Origin: Camelus dromedarius
Lineage: Eukaryota
Direction of reading: 5' to 3'
NCBI RefSeq assembly: GCF_036321535.1
Contig: NC_087437.1
Location: 61,444,001-61,508,000 of the forward strand
Length of the DNA: 64,000 bases
This document shows, piece by piece, positions 24,625 to 36,700 of the stretch (position 1 is the first letter of the stretch; every line of letters begins with the position of its first letter). The notes below the pieces were generated by a model. The model was not told where the DNA came from and made no database searches. It was given only the letters and a program-made list of their open reading frames with translations. The position numbers and the translations under genes were made by a program.

Positions 24625-25260
24625 ATAGGAATGTAAACTAGTACAGCCACTGTGGAAAACAGTATAGTGGTTCTTAAAAAATAAAAATGAAATTACCATA
24701 AGATCCAGCAATTCCACTTTTTAGGTATATACCAAAAGAATTGAAAGCAGGGCCTCGAACAGATATTTGTACACCAACACTCATAGCAGCATTATTCACA
24801 ATAGCCAAAAGACAGAAATAATAAATGTCCGTCAAGAGTTAAGGGATAAACAAAATGTGATACATGCATACACTGGAATATTATTCAGTCTTAAAAAGGA
24901 TATAAATTCTGATACATGCTTCAACATGAATGAACCTTGAAAACATTATACTAAGTGAAATAACCACTCATAAAAAGACAAATATTGTATGATTATACTT
25001 ACATGAGGTACTGAGAGTAGTCAAGTTCATACAGAAAGAAAGCAGAGCAGTAGTCACCAGGGGCTGGGAGTCAGCGGATAATAGGGAGTTGTTATTTCAT
25101 AGGTATAGGGTTTCAGTATGGAAAGAGGGAAATGTGTTCTGGAGATGGTTAGTGGTGATGGTTGCACAACAATGTGAATGTACCTCATAGCACTGAAATG
25201 TATACTTAAAATGGTTAAAAGAGTAAATTTTATGTTACTTATAATTTATCATTATAAAAA
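24625..25260 (+). mobile_element. L1 (L1M-type) 3' end
   Basis: ORF2 C-terminal and 3' UTR motifs GATCCAGCAATTCCAC, CATAGCAGCATTATTCACAATAGCCAAAA, TGTATACTTAAAATGGTTAAAA. Confidence 0.85.
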
Positions 25261-25269
25261 TATTGCATT

Positions 25270-28200
25270 ATGACTATTCAACATTTATTCAGCCATTCTC
25301 TTGTTGATTGATATTTGGACTGGTTGCAGTTTTCCATAATTATAAAATGTTGCTATAAACATTCTTGTACACCTCTTATATTCTTATATTCATCTTATAT
25401 ATTTTTATTCATATCATCATCATACCCCTCCGCACCATCTAGGAATGGGATTATTCAGTCATAGGTTGTACACGTCTTCAAGTCCAAAATGTGATCAAGT
25501 GGTCCTTGTGACGATTTATCTGCCCACCAGCAGTGCAGCAGGATTTCTTGTTCCACATTCTCACCAACACTTGATATTTTCACTTTTCCCCTCCTCCAAT
25601 TTGATCAGTGTGGCATCATAACGAATTCCGGTTTTAATTTGTGTTTCCATGAGTACTGCTGAGTTTGAGATTACTGATTATTTAGGCTTCTCTTCTACAA
25701 ATTGCCCATTTGTAGACTTTGCTCATTTTTTTGCTTGGTTTTTATGAATTTATGAGGTTGTTTTTGTTACTGAGAGTAGACTTCCTTTATAAATTCCACT
25801 TACCATTTCATTCCTTTGCAGGTTATATGTGTGAATATCTTTCACCCTGTGTATGGCTTGACTTTTTATTTTGTTTCTTTTGATGTGCAGCAGCTTTATA
25901 TTTTAATTTAAGGCAAATTTATCTGTCTTTTGTGTTTTGTGTTTTTGGTGAATTGTTTTTTGAACTCTTTCTCTACTTTTAACTTTTTTAAGTTTATTTT
26001 CTTCTATAAGTATTTGTATTTATTTCCTAGGGCTGCTGTACAAATTACCACAAATTTGGATGACTTAAAACAAGAAAAATTTATTCTTTTATAGTCCTGG
26101 AAGATAGAGGTCTGAAATCAGGGGCTGGAAGTGTCATGCCCTCTTTGAAGTTTCTAGGGGAGGATCCTTCCTTGCCTCTTCCTAGCTTCTAGTGGTTGGT
26201 GGCAATCCTTGGCGTTCCTTGGTTTATTAGAGCATCACTCCAATCTTTGCCTCTGTCATCATAAGGGGTTTTCCTTGTGTGCCTCTTCTCTTTTTGTAAG
26301 TTCACCAGTCATACTGGATTTAGGGTCCAGCCTACTCTAGTACAACCTCATCTTAGCTTGATTTCATCTGCAGACTCTATTTTCATAAAGGTCACATTCA
26401 CAGACATCAAGGCTTAGGACTTGAACTGATCTTTTGGGAGGACACAATTTAAGCCATAATAGTAATACAATTTTATTTTCACATTTAAGTCTTTTATCTA
26501 CCTGGAATTAATTTTTGTGTTCATTTGAGGTGTGGATCTAAAGTAATTTTTTTCATAGGGATAGCCAGTGTTAAATAATCATGTACCAAATAATTTGTCA
26601 CTTCCCCGCTGGTTTGTGAAACCACCTCTGTGGCATATCAAATTTCCTTATATGTATAGATCTATTTATGGACTTTCCATTTTGTTTCATTGTTCTAATT
26701 TGTCCTTTCCTACACAAGTGCTGCATTATCTTAATTATGCTAGCTTTAGGATATATTTCGGTATCTGTTAGAGCAAGATTATTCTTCTTAGAATTTCCTT
26801 GGCTATTTTTAGTCCTTTGCATTTCCATGTAAATTAACATAGATATGTAAAATTCTCTTTCATATTGCTCTAAATTCTGTAGTTCCTGGAGAGTTTTTCT
26901 ATTGCATCTGCTGATTCTTTCTCATGGCAATTTATAACATAAATTTTTTAATTAAACTTTTTATTTTAAAATAATTACAGTTACACATGCAATTATAAGA
27001 AATAATGCAGAGACAGTCCACATACCTTTTATCCAGCTTCCTCCAAAAGTAACATCTTACAAGACTATAATACAACATCACAAACAGGGTACTAATATTG
27101 AAAGAGGAAAGACAGAATGTTGCCATGGCAAGGATCCCTCGTGTTGCCCTTTAATAGCCATATTCACTTCCCTCCTGCCCGCATCTTCTCCTTAACTTCT
27201 GGCAACCACTACTCTGTTCTTCATTTCTATAATTTTGTCATTTCAATGATGTTATATAAATGGAATCATGCAGAATATTTGGGGATTGGCTTTTTTTTCA
27301 TTCAGCAGAATTCTCTGGAGATTCATCCAGGTTGTCGCATATATTAATAGTTTATTCCTTTTAATTCTGAGTAGTATTCTAAGGTATGTATGTCCTATTG
27401 TTCATTCTGGTATTCAGCTGTAGAATTATATCTGGGTTGTTTCCAGTTTTTGACTAATAAAGCTGCTATTAGCATTCATATACAGGTTTTTGTGTGCATA
27501 TATATTTTTACCACTTGGGGATAAATGTGCAACAGTGAAATTGGTGGGTTGTAGGATAGTTGCATGTTTATTTAGTCTCATAAAAAACTGACAAACTGTT
27601 TTCCAGGGTGGCTGAACCATTTTACATTCCCACCAGCAATGAATGAGTGATAGTCTCTTTGCATCCTTGCTGACATTTAGTATTGTTACTATTTTCTATT
27701 TTAGTGGTTCTGATAGATATGTTGTTATATCTTGTGGTGTAAATTTGCATTTCCCTTATGGCTAATGTTATTGAACATCTTTTCATGTGTTTATTTGTGA
27801 CTAGTATACCTGTTTCAGTGAAATGTTTCTTAATATCTTTTGCTCATATTCTAATTGGATTTTTTTATTACTGTTGAGTTTTTAACTTAATTTTTTAAAT
27901 AGAGGTATAATTGACATAGAACATTTACCGTTGAGTTTCAAGAGTTCCTTATGTCCTCTGGATACTAGCTCTTTGCTAGATGGGTGGTTTTCAAATATCT
28001 TTTCCCAGTTTGTAGCTCGTGTTTTTGTCCCTTTAAAGGGGTATTTTGTAGAGCAAACGTTTTATTTTTATGTGTCCTTACATAAATCATTTTTGGTGTC
28101 AAGTCTAAGAATTACTTGCCTAGCTGTATATCCTGAGATTTTTTTCCTGCTTTTTTTTCCCCTAAAATTTTTATAATTTTACATTTGTTGCAATCTATTT

Positions 28201-28965
28201 TAATTTTTGTATAATTGTGATAATAAGTCAAGGTTCTTTTTTTTTTTTTTTTTTTTTTTTGCCTGTGGATTTCCAGTTGTTCCAGCTCCATCTGTTGAAA
28301 AGGCTCTCTTTCATTCATCAAATTGCTTTTGCATCTTTGTCAAAAATCAGGTGGGCATATTTGTTTGGGTCTATTTCTGGGTTCTCTATTCTGTTCCATT
28401 GATCTGTGTCTATACCTCCAACAATACGACATAGTTCTTGATTATTGTAGCTATATAATGTCTTAAAATTGGGTAGACTGATTTCTCCTACTTCCTTCTT
28501 CTTTTTCAAAAGTTTTAGTCATTCTTGCTCCTTTGTCTTTTCATATAAATTTTAGAATAATTTTGTCCAAAAAATCTTGCTGGGATTTTGATAGGACTTG
28601 CATTAAGTTTGTATATAAATTTGGAGATAATGGCCATCTATACTGAGTCTTCTAATCCATAAACATAATATATCTCTTCATTCACTTAGATCTTCTTTGA
28701 TTTCTTTGATCAAGAATTTATACTTGCTGCATACAAATCCTGTACATATTTTATTTAATTTACATCTAAGTGCTTCTTTTTTTATATATACTGATTGAAA
28801 GTGGTATGGTATTTTAAATTTTGGTGTCCACATGTTCATTGCTACTATATAGAAATGCAATTGATTTTTGTATGTTTATCTTGTAGTCTGCAACACTGCT
28901 AAGCACATGAATACTAGGAGGGTTTTAAAAAAGAGATTCCTTGGGATTTTCTACATATACTGAAA
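25270..28965 (-). mobile_element. Nested old L1 fragments (ORF2 and 3' UTR) with an MLT1-like LTR at about 26025-26460
   Basis: Decayed ORF2 peptides DQWNRIENPEIDPNKYAHLIFDK and MVQPPWKTV; MLT1 motif GGGCTGCTGTACAAATTACCACAAA. Confidence 0.8.
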
Positions 28966-29009
28966 TATATACGGATGAATATGATGTCTAAGATTTGCTT
29001 GAAAATAAT

Positions 29010-29116
29010 CATAGATACATGACATGGGGTGCACCTCCATGCCCAGGCCTGGGGGTGAGGGGCACCCTGTCTCATAGACACATGAAACAGGGTGACCCTC
29101 CACCCCCAGACCTGGT
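29010..29116. repeat. Palindromic minisatellite, left part
   Basis: Alternating inverted ~33-nt arms centred on CAGGCCTG and CATAGACACATG. Confidence 0.75.
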
Positions 29117-29159
29117 AATTGATTGATTGATTGACTGACTGGCTGACTGACTGATTGAT

Positions 29160-31797
29160 TAACAACTCAGGTTCCCTGCGCTCTGGTTGATTGAGAGCTC
29201 AGGTTCCTTGTGTTCTGGGTTGCTCCTTTCCCCATCCTCTCCCCCTGCCCAGTGCTCATTTATATCTAAACTACCTAACATTCCCCCCCTCTAGTCATAG
29301 GACCCCAAATCTTTGGGACTTTGAGAGCGACAAACACTCTAGCTACTTCCTGCTGATCTGGGACAACCATGGAGCTCATTGGGGTCCCAGACTAGCTGGC
29401 TGTCAGTGGGCAGGATGTGAGCGAAGGGTCGGTGTCCATCGAGGGGCTTGTATATAAGCGGTCTTGGCTAATTGGTTGATTACCTTGTTGTACAGCCATT
29501 TGAACTTTACCTCTAGACAAGAAGAAACACATTTCACAAGAAGGTTGAAAAAACAGAGGTCAAATATATACAGCTAATCCTAGCCAAAGGATGAAAAGGG
29601 CAAACAAGGGTCTTAAAAAAAAAATGATTTCTGTGCTTTCTGTTCGTTTAGGTTTTAGAAAGCAGATGTTGGAGTGTTAGTCCAGTGAACTAACGGAGGA
29701 GTAAAAAGAGAGACCCTAATGTCAGAGACAATTTAAATTAGTATTAAAACAGTTTGGCAGGGGCCCTAAAAGAAAAAAGTTTTGAGCCAGGAGACATTTA
29801 AGAAAGAGGTTTATCTAACAGGGATCCGTAATCCCCTAGGGCGATGGAACAGTCTTACCGGAGTGTTGCTTGAAAAGTAGTCACAGATCACTAAGAGGCT
29901 CACAAGAATATGTGGCTCCCATCAGTGAACCAGATCTCATCAGGGTTTTCCAGGGGTTGGTCGGTGAGATCTGTTCTAGCTCCTAGAGAAATGGCTAGGG
30001 ACTCATGACATAGGTGAAAGGGAAGAGACTCCTCTGGTGATGGATGCAGCAGGATTGAGTGTCCCACAAACGGAGACAATGATACCTGGGTTTTCCAGTA
30101 AGAATGCCTGATATTTAAGAAGCCGAGCAGCTGAGAGCCAGAAATGTCCCTTGCCTTTTAAAAGATCAGAAACTTGATGGTTAGCGTATGCTTGTATAGG
30201 GGCTCCCAGAGTTAGCTTAGAAGATTCCTCCAGGAGAGTGGAGAGGGCTCCCAACACTCAGGCAGGAAGGCCAGCCTCGAGCAGTGGGATCTACCCACTT
30301 GGAGAGGTATCCTATAGGCTGTTGGGTAGGACCCAGCCGTTGGGTGAGGACCCCCAAGGTTATTCCTCCTCTCTCGTGAACAGAGAACTGGAAGGGCCTT
30401 GTGGGATCTGGAAGCCCCAAGGCCAGGGATCTTACTAGATTTTTTTTAATTCTTCCATTGCTTCCTGTTGGGAAGGCCCCTACGGGAGAGATACTGAGCC
30501 ATCTTTACCCTTTAAGCTGTCATACAGAGGTTGGGCTATAGACCCATAGTTAAAGATCCAAAGCCTACAGGAACCTGTTAGTCTAAGAAATACCCTGAGC
30601 TGTTTTCAAGTAGTGGGATTAGGGAGTTGTAAGATTCCCTGAATTCGTTCAGGGGAAAGGCTACAGTTTCCAGGAGTCAGAACAACTCCTAGATAACTTA
30701 CCTCTTGTTTGACCATTTTGGCCTTGGACCTGGAAACTTTATATCCCCGCTCAGCCAACAAGTGAAGACTTTGGATTGCATGTTGCATGGCCTGTTCTCG
30801 AGTAAGAGAGCCGATAAGTAAGTCATATCTTGTTTTCGATTAGGGAACCAGGTAGGATCTCTGAGGGACATGACAACTGGAGCAGCCGTCTTTGCTCGCC
30901 CTGGGATACCTTGATCCCAGACAGCAGGATTAATTTTATTCTCCCAAGCCTCTGGGTCCAGAGGTTTTTCTCTTTCCCCAGAGAGCAGTAAGAGTATAAA
31001 GAGGTGAAAGTTTGGGGACCTTCTCCCAGGATAACTCAGGTTCCCAGCTTGTAAAGATCTTGGCCTTAAAGGGGGCTAGGACATTCTGGCATGCATAAGA
31101 AAGAATGTGCCAATGAGCGTTCATCCCATAAACAACAAAGAAGGTGAGTAAAGAATCTTAAGGTCGGTTTACCTGTGACTCCCATGATGGTACAGAATCT
31201 AGAGAAGGGCCTAGAGAAGGAAATTAGGACAGAGTAGGTGGTTCTGGTATCCAAAAAAATAAAAGTGATTGTCCTACCTGCCACATCCATTTGCACCCGT
31301 GGCTCCAGCCCAGTGATGAAGATCTCTTGCGTTGGGGCTGACTGGAGGGGACTTCTTTAGTCCCAGACAGTCATTTGCAGGTCGCAGGCCGGTTATCCCC
31401 CATGGGCCATTTGGCTCAAGGGACAGAGGGCTACCCAACGACCTTGCTTGTTACACCAAAAACAGACAGATCTTGAAGGTTTGTCCTTATGGGGACATTT
31501 CTTGGACCATCGACCAGGTCAGTGGCAGATGTTGTATTGATCATCAGGGTTGTCTCAGACTTCTGGGGGCCAAGGACTTAGGGATGGTGGCTGCCCTTGA
31601 AAGGCTGTAATCACTTGGGCCTGCCTGGCCTCTTTCCTGCTTTCCTTCTCCTGAGCTTTGGCTTCTTTACCTGATCTCAATTTAAAAAAAAATAACCTGT
31701 GGCAGCAATGGTTAGCGTTTACCAAGAGTTACTCTAGGTTCCTGGGTTGCCTTTTGGAGTTTCTATCTACTATTGGGGGCAGATTTGGAGAAATTAA
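29160..31797 (-). mobile_element. Degenerate class I (gammaretrovirus-like) ERV internal region: gag C-terminus, pro, deleted pol, env tail, PPT and start of 3' LTR U3
   Basis: gag KSAPNSR*KLQK and two decayed Zn knuckles; protease FLDTRTTYSVL; RT ERGYKVSRSKAK..VSYLG; connection LPDPTRPF...YLSKWVDPTARGWPSCL; env tail YIFDLCFFNLLVKCVSSCLE; PPT AGAGGGGGGGAA at 29292-29281 followed by TGTTAGG. Confidence 0.9.
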
Positions 31798-31990
31798 TCT
31801 TTTGAGATGATTTGTGGCTGCCACCCTTCTCTCTCCCTCTTTGGAGATGGCCCGCATTCTGTCTATGGAGTGTGTACCTACTTTTACTCTAATCTGAGCA
31901 CCCAAGCCCCACACCTCATGGCCTTTCTCTTGCCTCTTGATGTATCTCTAAATAAATCTACCTATACTCAAACAAAACAAAACAAAAAAA
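31798..31990 (+). mobile_element. ERV LTR R-like segment with AATAAA and A-rich tail
   Basis: AATAAA at 31951-31956, then AAACAAAACAAAACAAAAAAA at 31970-31990. Confidence 0.7.
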
Positions 31991-32025
31991 GATGACTTGT
32001 CCCTCATATGAGCTGAGGTCTAAGA

Positions 32026-32385
32026 CAGGCCTGGGGGTGGATGTATACCTATATAATATACAGATTTTTTACGTATATATGTCATTTTATATATATATAC
32101 ATTATATTACATACATATATTAATATATATACACATATCCATACACAGACATGTGTGTATATTATATCCAACTCAGACATGTGTATGGATATACATATAC
32201 ATGTATAATATATACATATTATATACATATCTATACACAGGCATGTGTATATATTGTATATATTACATATAGACCTGTGTATGGATGTGCAACCATTTAA
32301 TAGACACATGATATGGGTGCACTTTGCCTGCACCACCCGCCTGTGTGTGGAGGGGCACCCATTCTCATAGACACATGACTATTAG
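32026..32385. repeat. Palindromic minisatellite, right part, with AT-decayed units
   Basis: CAGGCCTGGGGGTGGA, then (TA/CA)-rich units, then GGGGCACCCATTCTCATAGACACATGA as on the left side. Confidence 0.7.
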
Positions 32386-33660
32386 CGGGTGGGGGTATAG
32401 ATGAAACACAACTAACTGTGTGTTGATCACTGCTGAAGCTGCATAATGGGTACACGGGGGTTCAGTTTTCTACTCTCAATATCTTTGTATATGTTTGCAA
32501 TTTTGTATACTAAAAGAAAAATTTCCAACTATTTTTCCCTGTAAAAGCTGCAGGGGCACTCATTACAGGGTGAGGTCATAGAGGTTGACCCTTCAAGGTC
32601 CTTTATGGTCTGACCTTGCTAAATATCCAATTGTTCCTTGAACACTTTCCAAAAGATGCCCTCTCTCTATGTCTCATAGTTGTCTACCCACTATTTTCAG
32701 TTCCAGCTTTGTTTTTGCTCCTGCTGCATTGACCCTCCTGTCTCAGAAGGCCCTTCTCCCTCCACTTAGCAGATTAAATCCGACCTTGCCTCAGGGAGCC
32801 AGCTCCAGAACCAAGAGGCCCTGGAGACCCCCCTCATCACTCTGGCCACATTGATCTCCCCCATCTCTGACATTCCAGAATTCTGTTTTTAACATTCATT
32901 CTGGCATAACATCGTCATTAAGAATGGGGTTTTTGGAACCAGGCTGGCTACATTCGGATTCAGGATCCACTGTTTACTAGCTCTGTTACTTTGGGCAAGT
33001 TACTTAAACTCTCTGTGCCTTAACTACTTCTTTATAGAATGGAAATGATAATGGTGTCTACTTCATAGAGTAGTCAGGAGAATTAAAGGAGTCATACATG
33101 GAAAGAATTTAGAATAGTGCTCTGCACACAGTAAACATTCCATATGTAATGACTTCATTTGTGCAGTCCTATCTTCAAACTAAACTGTAAACTCCTAAAG
33201 GGCAGGAACTGCATCCAAGCTCTGAGTCATGTACATGGTGGATGAAGAAAATTATACATCCATGATTTGGATCAGGTTAAGTTAGCCACGTAAAGTCAAT
33301 ATTTGCATTATCATTGCCTTCTCTTTGGCCCTTTTACTACCTGCACTAGGGTTCTTTTCTTGCCAGCAACAGAAACTGACTCCTGCTAACTTAAGAAGAA
33401 AAAGGAATGTACTAAAAAGATTTGAAGGGAAAGCTAAAGAACTGGACTCAGAACAGGATAGGAAAGTGGCAGCCCCAGAGTCCCAGGGGCGGGAATGACG
33501 GTCTCATCATCATGCTAGAATGAGAAAGTGCCCGCTCACTTACTTTTTGTTCATTGCCTTATTTGTTCAAGGTTCAAAGTCTAGGGAAAGAGTTCAGGCA
33601 ATCCAACTTTATCAATGTGCCCATCCCTTGGTCAAGGGTTAAAAAAATGAATTTAGGGCA

Positions 33661-33750
33661 TGGGGAATAGTTCAGTGGTAGAATGCATGCTTACCATGCA
33701 TGAGGTCCATTAAAAAAAAAAAGATAAGAAAGAAAAAAGAAAAGAAAAAC
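33661..33750 (+). mobile_element. tRNA-derived SINE, internally deleted
   Basis: ATAGTTCAGTGGTAGAATGCATGCTTACCATGCATGAGGTCC followed by an A-rich tail. Confidence 0.7.
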
Positions 33751-36700
33751 CAATAATTTGGGAGAGAGGGGAAGATGTTAACTAAGAACTAAAGAGAAGG
33801 CTTGCTCTATCTATATTTTATCTGGGACCCTTGAGTTGACTGGCACGTTGTGGAAAGAATGTAAGTTGGATAAATATTTCTGTCTAGCTGGTAAACTCGT
33901 TGCCTTTGGTTTTAAGACTACCTCTACTTGGAATAGGATAAGGGCAAGTAAGCGCATATGAAGGAATGGTTTCTGCTCACAGGTGCTTATGATGGGAACT
34001 CCATGTCAGAGTCAAAGGGAGCTGTTTGTAGCTTTTGGAATAGCTGGAGTCCTAGAAGCCTCTGGAAGACTGTCCAGATGGTCACTGTCTGGACTTTCCA
34101 CTCTAAAACCTAGTAGTCAAGAGGGTTTTCCTGAGTCCCACTAGCCCTGGTCCCATCCTGCCCCAGCCTTCCCAAGGATACTGATTAGTTTGAACCCAGT
34201 CCAAAAGCCAAAATTATTTCAGGACTAAGGTAATGGTGGGGACCCTACAAACTATCAAGAATGGAAACCAAGGTTTCTAAGCCTAGATATGCAGATAGTT
34301 TATGGAAACTCCAAAGTGTCCTCTCCCTGTGTGCCCTCAGGACAGAAGGACTGGACATAGGTACTAGTTCTCAGAGGAACTGTGCAGGAGGCTAGGAAGA
34401 TCAAGAAGGAAGGAGAACACTGGAAGGAAAAGAAAGAAGGAAGGATCCGTCCATGTTTCTGGGCCAAGTTGAGTCAGCTTATCTTGTATAGATTAATGTT
34501 TGTGGGTATTTTAAAGCAGTAGCTGTCTTGACTCCCCTCCAATATCTATATACGCTTTTGTTCATTCACTCCCTTTGCATTTCAAGGGAAAAATTTTTTC
34601 CCTAAAACAAAACAAAAACCGAAGTTAACAATTTAAAGTATAAAATAATATGACCACTATACAGATATTTCAATAAACAGATAAAAAGGAAAAAAAATCA
34701 CTCCATAGTCCTAACATTTCTGCAGAGCCACACTTACATTTACATATTTCCTTCTCTTCTCATATGTATTTTTCTTTCTCGGAATGTTTTCCCATATTGT
34801 AATAATGGAGTATAGACACTTTTTTATATATAAACTTATTTTGGAATGATTTTAGATTTACAGAAAAGTTGCAAAGAAGTATGCAAGTTCTCATATACCC
34901 CCACCCAATTTCAGTTTTCTCCAATGTTACTACCTTACATTTTTCAAGACTAAGAAACCAACATTAGTATTCCTTTTAACCAAACTCCAGATTTTCTTCA
35001 GATTTTACCAGTTTTGCCATTAATGTCCTTTTTCTATTCCAGGATCCAATCCCAATAGCTCACTGCATTTAGTCATCAAGTCTCCTCAGGCTCTTCCGGC
35101 CTGTGTTGGTTACTCAATCTTTCCTTGCTCTTTGTGACCTTGACAGTTTTGAGGAGTACTGGTCAGGTATTTCGTAAAAAGTCAAGTTGCTCAAATTGGG
35201 TTTATGTTTTGTTTTTCTCATGATTAGACAGGGGCTGTGGGTTTTTGGAAAGAATCCCACATGGTGATGTGCCCATCTCATCACAGGGGCGCACAGTATC
35301 CACATGACACCCCTGGTGACGTGATGAAGCTAATGTTGGCCAGCTTTCTCCACTGTAAAGTTGCTATTTTTCTCTTTCTGTGCTTTTTTCAAAAAGTGAA
35401 TCCAGTCCACCCTCAAGGTGAGAGGAGATTAAGCTCCACCTCCTGGAGTGGGGTAGAATTTCATATATTCTTTGGAATTCTTCAATCAGGAAGATGTTTC
35501 TTCTTCCACATTTATTTATTCAATCCTTTTTTATTGGCATGGACTCATGTGTATTTGACAAATACTTTTCCTTTTTTTTTTTTTACACAACATTGTGTTA
35601 TAAGATTTTTCTTCCATGTTACCACCATGGTCTATAACCATTGCTTTTATGGTCACATTTATTTTGGGATATTTTCCATTAAGTTTGTACTCTCATAAAT
35701 TATGCTGCAGTAAATATCTTTTGAAACAACGTTCTGATTCTTTGTATTCCTGCCCAGGCATGGTGTCTGGAACACAGAAATACAGTAAGTATTCAATAGA
35801 TGTTTATTTGGGATGGATGGATAATGAATAAATAAATGAGTGCTGGGCTGGCAATGTAACCCAGTAGTCTTTTTTTCCCTGTTGAACAGTCTTCTCACTC
35901 TTGGCCTATGAAGATCTCAAGTCTAAGTTAAATGTTGGAATGAGACCCTTGAGAACTTGCTTCCTGTGAACTATACCTAGTTTGTAACAATAAACAAAGG
36001 CCCTTAGAATAAGTAAAAATTTTGTACTGTAGGCTATTTTTCTATCTCTGGTTGGAAGACATCTGGATGTTCTGTCAGCTTCAGCAGTCTTTCACATGGC
36101 TTTATCATTCTTCTCTCAGCTTACTTTGTAGACATAAAAAATTTTCAATACTTAGTGTATTTTTAGGGCACATAAATATCATCATATCTCTTGGTTTAGT
36201 CCCTGGTAAAGAAAAGCTTTGGCAGTTTAATAATAAAGTGAGTGAAGGACATTTGGAATGTTATCTACTCTGATAATGACTGCTGGACAAAACAAAACAG
36301 AAACAGTTGCAAACAAAGCTGAGGGGAGATGAAAATGTTTTCATCATGTCAGAATTTGGGAAAGTAATCAGTGAAGATATTTGCTTGCAAGAAAAAAAGA
36401 TCAGAGAGCTAAGAGGAGAGGTAATCAGAGCCAAAGTCAAAACAATCTCACAGTGTAATTCTGATCACTCTTGTTCCCTCTGACAGGCAGAGAGAGAAAA
36501 GCATCATCAAGGACAGAATGTTTCCCGAGTGGTTCTTACCCTCCAGGAGAAGGTATGTCTATTTGTTGAAAAGCTGTGATGTAGCTGAGTTAGCTCTTTA
36601 AAGGAGGAAAGATCAAGCTGTATTTAGGACACTGTTAATAACTCAGGGAATGACAGGAGATCAGGCTATGAAGCTAATGTGTTGAAGATCCTTTATGTGC

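Noticed and set aside
35237..35698. 153-aa plus-strand ORF
   Set aside because: Lies in an antisense old L1 3' UTR; low complexity and not coding.
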